A stretch of DNA of 64,000 nt from an uncultured Bacilli bacterium (GTDB lineage Bacteria > Bacillota_I > Bacilli_A > RF39 > UBA660): assembly GCA_934098455.1 (NCBI GenBank), contig CAKOOU010000001.1, positions 135,933 to 199,932 of the forward strand. Reading direction: 5' to 3'. A program made the position numbers and the translations under genes. The notes beneath the pieces were generated by a model, which was not told where the DNA came from, ran no database searches, and worked only from the letters and a program-made list of their open reading frames with translations. This document shows positions 9,625 through 18,562 of this stretch, piece by piece. The first letter of the stretch is position 1; each line of letters starts with the position of its first letter.

Positions 9625-11496
9625 ATGAATTATGATGTAATTGTAGTAGGAGGAGGACATGCCGGTTGCGAAGCAAGTCATGCTGCAGCAAAAATGGGTG
9701 CAAAAACTGCTCTTATTACTTCAAATATAAAAAATATTGGAGATATGCCATGTAATCCATCAATCGGTGGTACCGCAAAAGGAATAATTGTTAGAGATAT
9801 TGACGCATTAGGCGGATTAATGGGAATAGTTGCAGATAAAAGTCACATACAAATAAAAATGTTAAATAATGGTAAAGGACCTGCAGTTAGATCTTTAAGA
9901 GCACAAGCAGATAAAATAACATATCCAAAAAATATGTTAAAAGCCTTACAAAATACAGAAAATTTAACAATTATAGAAGGTATGGTAGAAGATTTAATAA
10001 CTGATAATAACACGATAAAAGGAATAATATTGGAAGACGGAACTAAATATTTTTGTAAATCTTTAGTATTAACAACAGGAACATATCTAAGAAGTAAAAT
10101 ATTAGTAGGTGATACAAACAAATTAGAAGGTCCTCATGGAGAAAGAAGGTCAAAATTTTTAAGTACTAAATTAAAAGAATTAGGATTTGATATATTAAGA
10201 CTTAAAACTGGTACTCCACAAAGAATAGATAAAAACAGTGTAGATTTCAGTGTTTTAAAAGAAGAAACTGGCGATGATGAATATTGGACATTTAATACAG
10301 AAAATGAAATATATTATGACAAAGATAAACAAGAAAAATGTTATTTAGTTTACACTAATGAAAATACACATAATATAATAAAAGAAAATCTATCAAGAAG
10401 TGCAATGTATGGTGGATACGCAGAAGGAATAGGACCTAGATATTGTCCTAGCATTGAAGATAAAATAGTAAGATTTGCAGACAAAGAAAGACACCAATTA
10501 TTCCTAGAACCGGAAAGCCTATATTATGACGATTTATATTTACAAGGTTTCTCAACATCTATGCCAACAGACGTTCAAGAAAAAATGGTACATAGCTTAA
10601 AAGGATTAGAAAATGCAAAAATACTAAAATATGCTTATGCAATAGAATATGATGCAATAAATCCACTACAACTAAAACCATCACTTGAAACAAAAGTAAT
10701 AAATAATTTATTTACAGCAGGTCAAATAAACGGAACAAGTGGATATGAAGAAGCAGCAGGACAAGGAATCATAGCAGGAATTAATGCAGTGAAAAAAATT
10801 CAAAATAAAGAGCCATTAATTTTAAAAAGAAATGAATCATATATAGGAGTATTAATTGACGATTTAGTGACAAAAGGTACAAAAGAACCATATAGAATGT
10901 TAACAAGTCGTGCAGAATTCAGATTACTTTTAAGACATGATAATGCTGATATAAGATTACGCAAATATGGCTATGAAGCAGGACTTATTAGTGAAGAAAA
11001 ATACAACAAACTTATAGAAAAAGAAAATAATATTGACAAATTAATAAATGAACTAAAAGAAACTAAAATATCTAATAAAAACATAACACAAAATATATTA
11101 AAACAAATGGGAACAGATAAATTAGAAAATGGTACAAATCTTTATACATTCCTAAAACGTCCAGAAATCACAATAGATTTATTACTTAAAGAAAATATAG
11201 TAGAAAATAAATATGATAAAGAAGTATATAATCAAGCACAAATATTAATAAAATATGAAGGATATATCAACAAAGAACTAAAAGAAGTAGAAAAGCTTCT
11301 AAAGTTAGAATCAAAACAAATACCGAAAGATATTGACTATAACAAAATAACTAATTTAGCTAGCGAAGCAAAACAAAAATTAATTAATGTTGCTCCAGAA
11401 ACATTAGCACAAGCATCACGTATTAGTGGTGTAAACCCAGCTGATTTATCTATACTAGCGATATATTTAAAAAAGGAATATAGTAAAAATGAATGA
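9625..11496 (+). CDS. mnmG: tRNA uridine 5-carboxymethylaminomethyl modification enzyme MnmG (GidA)
   Basis: It has the FAD motif VIVVGGGHAGCEA, is 623 aa, and follows mnmE. Confidence 0.97.
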   Translation: MNYDVIVVGGGHAGCEASHAAAKMGAKTALITSNIKNIGDMPCNPSIGGTAKGIIVRDIDALGGLMGIVADKSHIQIKMLNNGKGPAVRSLRAQADKITYPKNMLKALQNTENLTIIEGMVEDLITDNNTIKGIILEDGTKYFCKSLVLTTGTYLRSKILVGDTNKLEGPHGERRSKFLSTKLKELGFDILRLKTGTPQRIDKNSVDFSVLKEETGDDEYWTFNTENEIYYDKDKQEKCYLVYTNENTHNIIKENLSRSAMYGGYAEGIGPRYCPSIEDKIVRFADKERHQLFLEPESLYYDDLYLQGFSTSMPTDVQEKMVHSLKGLENAKILKYAYAIEYDAINPLQLKPSLETKVINNLFTAGQINGTSGYEEAAGQGIIAGINAVKKIQNKEPLILKRNESYIGVLIDDLVTKGTKEPYRMLTSRAEFRLLLRHDNADIRLRKYGYEAGLISEEKYNKLIEKENNIDKLINELKETKISNKNITQNILKQMGTDKLENGTNLYTFLKRPEITIDLLLKENIVENKYDKEVYNQAQILIKYEGYINKELKEVEKLLKLESKQIPKDIDYNKITNLASEAKQKLINVAPETLAQASRISGVNPADLSILAIYLKKEYSKNE

Positions 11497-12193
11497 GACA
11501 GAATTTATAAATGAATTAAAAAATATTGACATAATATTAACACAAAATCAAATTAACAAATTCAAAATATATTATGAATACTTAATAGAATATAACAAAC
11601 ACACAAACTTAACATCAATAACAACTAAAGAAGATGTATATTTAAAACATTTCTACGATTCATGTCTCTTAACAAAAACAATAGATTTTAATAATATTGA
11701 TACTATGTTAGATATAGGATGCGGAGCTGGTTTTCCAGGTATAGTTATAAAAATACTATTTCCAAACATAAAATTAACTTTATTAGATTCAAATAACAAA
11801 AAAACTAAATTTTGTGAAAGTCTATCAACGCTATTAGAATTAGATAATGTAGAAATAGTAAATAAAAGAGCAGAAGAATATATAATAGAAAAAAGAGAAT
11901 ACTTTGATATTGTATCTGCAAGAGCAGTAAAAAATCTTCCAGTACTTATAGAATTATCCATACCTTATGTTAAACAAAATGGATATTTTATAGCAATGAA
12001 ATCTGACTACGAAGAAGAATTAAATAATAGTAAAAATGGAATTAAAGTACTAGGAGCAGAATATATTAAAACAATTAATATAAACTTACCAAACAATACT
12101 GGTATAAGAAACTTTATATTAATAAAAAAAATAAATAAAACAAATCCAAAATATCCAAGAAATTATAGTCAAATTATAAAAAAGCCTCTATAA
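11489..12193 (+). CDS. rsmG: 16S rRNA (guanine527-N7)-methyltransferase RsmG
   Basis: It has the SAM motif LDIGCGAGFPG and follows mnmG with an 8-nt overlap. Confidence 0.9.
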   Translation: MNETEFINELKNIDIILTQNQINKFKIYYEYLIEYNKHTNLTSITTKEDVYLKHFYDSCLLTKTIDFNNIDTMLDIGCGAGFPGIVIKILFPNIKLTLLDSNNKKTKFCESLSTLLELDNVEIVNKRAEEYIIEKREYFDIVSARAVKNLPVLIELSIPYVKQNGYFIAMKSDYEEELNNSKNGIKVLGAEYIKTININLPNNTGIRNFILIKKINKTNPKYPRNYSQIIKKPL

Positions 12194-12288
12194 ATTTAGA
12201 GACTATTTTTTAATTAAATTAACTATAAACTACTTGAAAAATATATAAAAATAAAGTATTATTATTAATAGAATAGGAGTAGGGGCAA

Positions 12289-13305
12289 ATGAATTTAGAA
12301 CCAAACATACAATATATAAATGTAGAAAATATAATTCCAAATAGATTTCAACCAAGACTAACTTTTGATGAAAATGCTTTAAAAGATTTAGCATCATCTA
12401 TAAAAGAACACGGTATTATACAACCATTAGTCTTAAGGAAATTATCTAATGATAAATATGAAATAATTGCAGGAGAAAGAAGATATAAAGCAAGTCAAAT
12501 AGCGGGATTAAATAAAGTACCAGCAATAATAGCAGATTTAGATGATAACACTTCAGCAGAAGTAGCGCTAGTAGAAAATTTACAAAGAAGAAATCTTTCT
12601 GCAATAGAAGAAGCAAAATCCTATAAAAAACTATTAGATAGAGGATATTTAACTCAAGATCAATTAGCAAAAAGATTAGGTATTTCACAATCTTCAGTAG
12701 CAAACAAGGTAAGATTATTAAATTTACCTGATGAAGTACAAGATGCATTAATGTCTGAAAAAATATCAGAAAGACATGCAAGAAGTTTATTGTCACTATC
12801 TAATCCACAAGACCAAATAGATATGTTAAATAAAATTATAGAAAACAGATTAACAGTAAGACAATTAGATAATGAAATAAAAAAATTACATGAACCAGCA
12901 CCAGAAGAAACATCATCTAGATTTAATATTTTAAATAATGAAGAAAACAAAGATTTATTAAATCAAATAGAAACTTTAGATATGTCATTTAGTGATAATG
13001 AAGATAACACAGATTTAGAAAGTGAAGACATTGCAAAACTAATAATGGATTCTAAAAAACAATTGCAAAATCAATATGAAATATTTGATATACCAACAGC
13101 AGAAGAATCTAAACCAGTAGAAACTAAAGTCGAAGAACCAAAAGAAACAAAACCTCAAAAAAGAATTATAAAAGGCGATTTAAATTCTGTAATAAATTCT
13201 TTAAAAGATATAGAACAAGAAATTAGTGATGCCGGTTTCCAAATAGAAACTGAAGATTACGATTTTGAAGATTTATATCAAATAATTATAAAAATAGAAA
13301 AATAA
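12289..13305 (+). CDS. parB: ParB/Spo0J/Noc-family DNA-binding protein with long acidic C-terminal extension
   Basis: It has the ParB box IIAGERRYKAS and the HTH LTQDQLAKRLGISQSSVANKVRLL. No adjacent parA/soj gene is present. Confidence 0.85.
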   Translation: MNLEPNIQYINVENIIPNRFQPRLTFDENALKDLASSIKEHGIIQPLVLRKLSNDKYEIIAGERRYKASQIAGLNKVPAIIADLDDNTSAEVALVENLQRRNLSAIEEAKSYKKLLDRGYLTQDQLAKRLGISQSSVANKVRLLNLPDEVQDALMSEKISERHARSLLSLSNPQDQIDMLNKIIENRLTVRQLDNEIKKLHEPAPEETSSRFNILNNEENKDLLNQIETLDMSFSDNEDNTDLESEDIAKLIMDSKKQLQNQYEIFDIPTAEESKPVETKVEEPKETKPQKRIIKGDLNSVINSLKDIEQEISDAGFQIETEDYDFEDLYQIIIKIEK

Positions 13306-13340
13306 AGTGGAAAACTTAATACTTATCCACTTTATTTTTT
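13304..13340 (+). terminator. parB terminator hairpin (copy A of a duplicated hairpin element)
   Basis: The stem AAAGTGGA (13304-13311) / TCCACTTT (13326-13333) is followed by a T-run. The 3' arm contains TTATCCAC (13323-13330). A near-identical element lies at 14585-14620. Confidence 0.75.
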
Positions 13341-13464
13341 TGACAAGTTTTGTCGAAAGACTTTATTTTTATTTCAAAACACTTTAATATAACTAACCGA
13401 GCGTCCAGGTTGGTGTTTACCTTACTAACTGATTCTAGCAAAGAATAAGAAGTGAGGTGGTAAT

Positions 13465-13539
13465 ATGTTTAAAAATTTAAAACAATTAATAAACAGAATT
13501 ATCATAATTTTGATATTAAATATTCTTAACAAAGATTAA
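13465..13539 (+). CDS. Type I toxin-like small hydrophobic peptide (24 aa), locus 1
   Basis: The ORF is MFKNLKQLINRIIIILILNILNKD after GAGGTGG. The 5' leader (13400-13413) is complementary to the 3' UTR (13604-13609, 13619-13626). A convergent antisense unit lies downstream. It is below the size cutoff of the ORF track. Confidence 0.5.
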   Translation: MFKNLKQLINRIIIILILNILNKD

Positions 13540-13544
13540 ATTAA

Positions 13545-13632
13545 ATCAAAACAAAAACATCCGCCACTCAGTTAGGACGGATGCTATCCCTCAGGGTAGA
13601 CATCCAACCTACAGGGGGTGGACGTTCTACTT
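13545..13632 (-). ncRNA. Candidate antitoxin sRNA antisense to the 3' UTR of locus 1
   Basis: On the minus strand, TTGACT (13668-13663) is separated by N18 from TATTAT (13644-13639). The terminator hairpin CATCCG...CGGATG (13583-13558) is followed by TTTTTGTTTT. The ends are predicted, not mapped. Confidence 0.45.
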
Positions 13633-13787
13633 AATAAAATAATAACATATAGAATATCGTAAAGTCAAACACTAAAATATCGTACTATAAGCACGGATAT
13701 TAGTTTACATTTATAATTGTAAATAAAATAATTTTACAACAAAAAATAATAGAATTTATGATATAATTATCATAGGAGAGTGAAAAA

Positions 13788-14576
13788 ATGGAAGAAACAA
13801 AAAATAATTCAAAAGGGTTAATAGTTTTGGTAATAATTCTAATTATTTGCGTATTAGGTTTAGGAGGATACATAGTCTATGATAAAATGTTAAATAAAAC
13901 AACACCAATTTCAAACAATACAAAAAGTTCCAAAACAAAGCCAATAAATAATGAAAGTGAATATGATAAAACTACATCTTACGATATTACATTAAATAAT
14001 AATAATCATAAAATTTATTATAAATATAAGATAGTAGCTGGAAATGACAATTATGAAGATAAAGAACTAGCAAAAGGAAACGGTGAGTATGTTTATAATG
14101 AATTACATGCTGAAATATATTTAGATAATAATAAAATAAAAGATACTGTTATTTATTATGATAAAGAAAACAATATTAATAATGTAAAATCAGAAAAAGA
14201 AAATTTAGATTTATCAAATACAAAAATAATAAAAGGAAAAGATAATAAAGAATACTTAATATTTACATTAGAAGAACCACATCAATTTCTTGACGGTAGA
14301 AAAGTTTTATTTATTTCAAATGACGATGGAAACTTAATATACAAATACGAACCTGAATTTAACAGTTCTTTAACAGTTGATGACCCAAATTCAAAATTTT
14401 ATAATTCAAGTGAAAGATATATTATAGAAACAGATAAAATATATATTATAGAAGACGCGGAAAACAATGAAAATGGCACTATAAAAATTCAAGAAAATAT
14501 ATTAACAATTGAAAACAATGAAGTAAAAATAGAAAAAGGTAATATATACGAAGGTTCTGGAGCAGGTGCCAGATAA
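13788..14576 (+). CDS. N-terminally membrane-anchored extracytoplasmic protein, paralogue 1 of 3
   Basis: The signal-anchor MEETKNNSKGLIVLVIILIICVLGLGGYIVYDK is shared with the ORFs at 27107 and 55207. It has RBS AGGAGAGTG and an extended -10 TGATATAAT upstream. Confidence 0.8.
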   Translation: MEETKNNSKGLIVLVIILIICVLGLGGYIVYDKMLNKTTPISNNTKSSKTKPINNESEYDKTTSYDITLNNNNHKIYYKYKIVAGNDNYEDKELAKGNGEYVYNELHAEIYLDNNKIKDTVIYYDKENNINNVKSEKENLDLSNTKIIKGKDNKEYLIFTLEEPHQFLDGRKVLFISNDDGNLIYKYEPEFNSSLTVDDPNSKFYNSSERYIIETDKIYIIEDAENNENGTIKIQENILTIENNEVKIEKGNIYEGSGAGAR

Positions 14577-14584
14577 TATAAAAT

Positions 14585-14620
14585 AAAGTGGAAAACACCT
14601 AAGTTATCCACTTTTCTTTT
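14585..14620. terminator. Bidirectional terminator hairpin (copy B of the duplicated element)
   Basis: The stem is AAAGTGGA (14585-14592) / TCCACTTT (14607-14614), and the element contains TTATCCAC (14604-14611). The flanking 17 nt AAAATAAAGTGGAAAAC is identical to copy A. It lies between convergent genes. Confidence 0.7.
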
Positions 14621-14628
14621 GCAAAAAT

Positions 14629-16539
14629 TTAATTTACAGGCTCAGTACCTTTCAAAAAATAAAATAAACTACCTTTACTATCACTAGTATACTTACCACT
14701 AACAGGGTCTAATATAACAGCATCAACGTTTTGTGGCTTAGTATACCATCTTTCTTCTTTATCTTTTAAACTAGCTTCAACCGTATCAGCCCATATAGTT
14801 TTACTAATTTTAGAATAATTTGCTTCAACTTCCTTATTATTATCATTACCAGTCCATACCATCATTAATATATCTGGATTATAACCAATTAACCAATAAT
14901 CATTATTAGTTGAACCACTTTTAATAGCATATTTTTTTGTTAACTTATCACTTATAGATAACGCAGTAGGAGAGTTGTAGCTAATAAATTTAGAATTATA
15001 AGAATTACTCATCATTTCATTTAATATATATAAAGAATTCGTATTTAAAACTAATTCTCTTTTTTGTTTGTGTTTATATAAAACATTTCCCTGTAAATCT
15101 TCAACTCTATCTATTAAATAAACATCACCTTTGTAGCCACCACTAGCTAATGTATTGTAAGCAACAGCATAATCTAACATATTTATTTCCTTACTACCTA
15201 GTGCTAAAGATGGTATAGGTTCTAATTTAGTTTTTAAACCAACAGTTTTCATAGTATCAACTAACTTATCTTCACCTAAAAATAGATGAGTTTTAACAGC
15301 ATATATATTATCACTATACGCAAGTGCTGCAGCCATAGTAATATCTCCATTAGCATACTTATTAGCATAATTAGTAGGACTATATGTTTTATTATTAGAA
15401 AATACAAAATCAGTTTTTTCACTAGTAAAAGTAGAAGAACTAGTCATGTTATTTTCTAACGCAGTGTAATACAGAAAAGGTTTTATAGTAGAACCAACTT
15501 GTCTCTTAGATTTAACAACTCTATTAAATTGACTTTTCTTATAATCTTTACCACCAGCCAATGCTCTAATCTTACCAGTATCAGGTTCGATAATAACACT
15601 AGCAACCTCAACATCATCATTAGTCATATTATCAACAATAGATTTATCCAAATTGCTTTGTATATCCATATCTAAATTAGTATAAACTTTTAGACCACCA
15701 GAATCTATTAAACTATCAGGAATTCCATTTAAACTTTTTAACTCATCCATAACAGCATCTTGATAATACATTAAAGTTTGTAAATTATTTAAATCACTTT
15801 TAGCATAAATCTCTAACTTATTCTTAAACAAATTATCATAAGTTTTTTTATCTATTTTACCATTATTAAGCATACATTCAGCAACTATCTTACCTCTTTT
15901 AATAGCCTTTTCATAACTACTAACTGGATTATAATTATTAGGCGACTTTGGTATACCAGCAAGTATTATAGCTTCTTCTAAACTAAGTTCACTAGGTTTC
16001 TTATTAAAATAATATTTACTAGCATCACTTATACCATAACATCCTTGCCCAAAATTAATAGTATTAATATAACCCTGTAATATATCATCTTTACTATAAT
16101 GTGTTTCCAACTTCAAAGTTAAAAATGCTTCCTGTATCTTTCTCTCCCAAGTTTTATCAAAATCTAAATACATATTCTTTACATACTGTTGACTTATAGT
16201 ACTACCACCTTGTGATATATAACCATTCTTAAAATTAGTATATAAAGACTTAGCAATACGTAAATAATCAAAACCCATATGTTTATAAAAATATTTATCT
16301 TCAGTACTAATAATAGCATCTAAAAAGTAAGGACTAACATTTTCTATATCTACCCATTCACTATTACCACTACCTAAATAAACTAATTTTTCATCTTTAT
16401 CATATATATAAAATGAGTTGCTAGTTTTAATATCTATACCATCGCTTAAATAAGCATATGCATATAGTAATGACATAGAAACAACAAATGATATAAATAA
16501 AAATACAAATATTTTAAAAGTAAATTTAATATGTTTCAT
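14629..16539 (-). CDS. Bifunctional class A penicillin-binding protein (glycosyltransferase GT51 + transpeptidase)
   Basis: It has the GT51 motifs EDKYFYKHMGFD and GGSTISQQYVKN, the transpeptidase motif STIKP, and an N-terminal TM anchor. Confidence 0.9.
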   Translation of the reverse strand: MKHIKFTFKIFVFLFISFVVSMSLLYAYAYLSDGIDIKTSNSFYIYDKDEKLVYLGSGNSEWVDIENVSPYFLDAIISTEDKYFYKHMGFDYLRIAKSLYTNFKNGYISQGGSTISQQYVKNMYLDFDKTWERKIQEAFLTLKLETHYSKDDILQGYINTINFGQGCYGISDASKYYFNKKPSELSLEEAIILAGIPKSPNNYNPVSSYEKAIKRGKIVAECMLNNGKIDKKTYDNLFKNKLEIYAKSDLNNLQTLMYYQDAVMDELKSLNGIPDSLIDSGGLKVYTNLDMDIQSNLDKSIVDNMTNDDVEVASVIIEPDTGKIRALAGGKDYKKSQFNRVVKSKRQVGSTIKPFLYYTALENNMTSSSTFTSEKTDFVFSNNKTYSPTNYANKYANGDITMAAALAYSDNIYAVKTHLFLGEDKLVDTMKTVGLKTKLEPIPSLALGSKEINMLDYAVAYNTLASGGYKGDVYLIDRVEDLQGNVLYKHKQKRELVLNTNSLYILNEMMSNSYNSKFISYNSPTALSISDKLTKKYAIKSGSTNNDYWLIGYNPDILMMVWTGNDNNKEVEANYSKISKTIWADTVEASLKDKEERWYTKPQNVDAVILDPVSGKYTSDSKGSLFYFLKGTEPVN

Positions 16540-16635
16540 ATTTCCACCTAAAAATATTATGTAAAAAAAAATATAATTTATAAGTGATATTTAATAAATA
16601 ATATGATAAAATTATACCCAAAGGAAAAGATATAT

Positions 16636-16980
16636 ATGAATAAGTTAAATTTTATATTAAAAAAAGATAATAATATTATAATAAATGAAAATGATATTAA
16701 ATGTATTAATCAAAATAATAAATTAATATTTAAGTTAGATGGTATAAAATATATATTTAATAATAATATATTAACTAAAGAAACCGATAATGAATTAATA
16801 GAATTAGATTTTAATAAAGAACAATGTAATATATTTTTAAAAGAGTATAATAATAATTTATTAGTTAATATGTCTTTATTAAATATTGAAAATAAAGAAA
16901 ATTTTATAGAAATTAAGTACAAAATAGAAACAGAAGAAAATTGTATTAATATAATAAGAATGGAATATATAAAAAAATAG
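16636..16980 (+). CDS. Hypothetical small protein (possibly DUF1934/YwiB-like; not verifiable here)
   Basis: This is an ORF-track frame. The start was moved to MNKLNFILKK (ATG 16636) after AAGGAAAAG. The family guess rests only on size and on context upstream of rpoE. Confidence 0.5.
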   Translation: MNKLNFILKKDNNIIINENDIKCINQNNKLIFKLDGIKYIFNNNILTKETDNELIELDFNKEQCNIFLKEYNNNLLVNMSLLNIENKENFIEIKYKIETEENCINIIRMEYIKK

Positions 16981-17056
16981 TTGACAATCATATGTATTAT
17001 GATATAATTCTATTTGTTTTAAATACATAAATGTATTTAGTTATGGAGGAAATAAT

Positions 17057-17491
17057 ATGAAATCATTAAATTTAAGTGAAGAAGAATTATTAAGTATGTC
17101 TTATGACGATGTTGCTTATAAGGTATTAGAACATAGAGAAAAGAAAATGAAAATTCAAGATTTATTCAAAGAAGTTATTAGAATTATGAATTTACCTGAA
17201 AGTGCTTTTGAAGATCATTTAGCAGATTTCTTTGAATTATTATCTACTGATAAAAGATTTATTATGTTAGAAAAAGGTTATTGGGATTTAAAAATTAATC
17301 ATAAAACTAAATTAATTATAGATGAAGATGATGATGAAGAAGAAGTAATCGAAGACAGAGATGTTGAAGAAGAGGAAGAAAAAGAAGAAGAAATTAATTA
17401 TGATGAAGAAATAATTGATGACGATGAAACAGAAGATGATTTAAAAGATTTAGTTGTAATGGATGAATCAGAAGAAAACGAAATAGTTTAA
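17057..17491 (+). CDS. rpoE: RNA polymerase delta subunit
   Basis: The N-terminal HARE-HTH-like domain (SYDDVAYKVLEHREKKMKIQDLFKEV...LSTDKRFIMLEKGYWDLK) is followed by a long D/E-rich tail, which is diagnostic of RpoE delta. Confidence 0.85.
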   Translation: MKSLNLSEEELLSMSYDDVAYKVLEHREKKMKIQDLFKEVIRIMNLPESAFEDHLADFFELLSTDKRFIMLEKGYWDLKINHKTKLIIDEDDDEEEVIEDRDVEEEEEKEEEINYDEEIIDDDETEDDLKDLVVMDESEENEIV

Positions 17492-17506
17492 TAGGAGGTA
17501 AAACTC

Positions 17507-18562
17507 ATGATAGAAAGATTAGAATTAATTAAAGCAAGATATAATGAACTAGAGAGTGAATTACAAAATCCAGAAATAATGAGTGATTACAGTATGTTAA
17601 AAAAACTTTCTAAAGAACATAGTGATTTAGAAATAACTGTAAAAAAATATGAAGAACTAATTAAAACAGAAGAAGAAATTAAAGGATTAAAAGAAATGTC
17701 TAACGATCCAGAAATGGTAGATTTAGTTAGTGAAGAATTGGAAAGTAATGAAATTAAAAAAGAAAATCTTGTTAAAGAGTTAGAATTATTATTAATACCA
17801 AAAGATGAAAATGATGGTAAAAATATAATAATGGAAATTAGAGGAGCAGCTGGAGGAGACGAAGCAAATATATTTGCAGGTGATTTATTTAGAATGTACT
17901 CTAAGTATGCAGAAAAAAATGGTTGGAAAATAGAAATATCAAACGAGGAACCAGGTACAAGTGGCGGTTATTCACAAATAGAATTTAGTGTAAAAGGTGA
18001 AAATGTTTACTCTAAATTAAAATGGGAAAGTGGTTCACATAGAGTACAAAGAGTACCAGCAACTGAAACACAAGGTAGAGTTCATACATCAACTGCAACT
18101 GTATTAGTAATGCCAGAACCAGATGACATAGATTTTGAACTAGACATGAATGAAGTAAGAGTAGATATTACTAGAAGTAGTGGATGTGGTGGACAAGGTG
18201 TAAATACAACAGATTCAGCTGTTAGACTAACACATATTCCTACAGGAATTATAGTTTATTCACAAACAGAAAGAAGTCAAATAAAAAATAAAGAAATTGC
18301 AATAAAAATATTAAAAGCAAGATTATATGATAAAATGCTACAAGAACAATTAGAAGAAGAAGGAAAAGAAAGACGTAGTAAGATTGGTACTGGTGATAGG
18401 TCAGAAAAGATAAGAACATATAATTATCCACAAAATAGAGTCACAGACCATAGAATAAATTTTTCAGTAATGAATTTAGATAAAGTTATGGAAGGTAACT
18501 TAGACGAAATAATAAATGCATTAATTACTGAAGACCAAAGAATGAAGTTAGAAGGTAAATAA
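17507..18562 (+). CDS. prfA: Peptide chain release factor 1
   Basis: It has the PAT tripeptide (RVPATE) and the GGQ motif (SGCGGQGVNT). Confidence 0.97.
   Translation: MIERLELIKARYNELESELQNPEIMSDYSMLKKLSKEHSDLEITVKKYEELIKTEEEIKGLKEMSNDPEMVDLVSEELESNEIKKENLVKELELLLIPKDENDGKNIIMEIRGAAGGDEANIFAGDLFRMYSKYAEKNGWKIEISNEEPGTSGGYSQIEFSVKGENVYSKLKWESGSHRVQRVPATETQGRVHTSTATVLVMPEPDDIDFELDMNEVRVDITRSSGCGGQGVNTTDSAVRLTHIPTGIIVYSQTERSQIKNKEIAIKILKARLYDKMLQEQLEEEGKERRSKIGTGDRSEKIRTYNYPQNRVTDHRINFSVMNLDKVMEGNLDEIINALITEDQRMKLEGK

Noticed and set aside
13323-13330. Treating the TTATCCAC in the two flanking hairpins (13323, 14604) as functional DnaA boxes
   Set aside because: They form the 3' arms of terminator stems and are only 8 of 9 matches. 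The terminator or duplication-scar explanation is sufficient. They are kept only as a side note.
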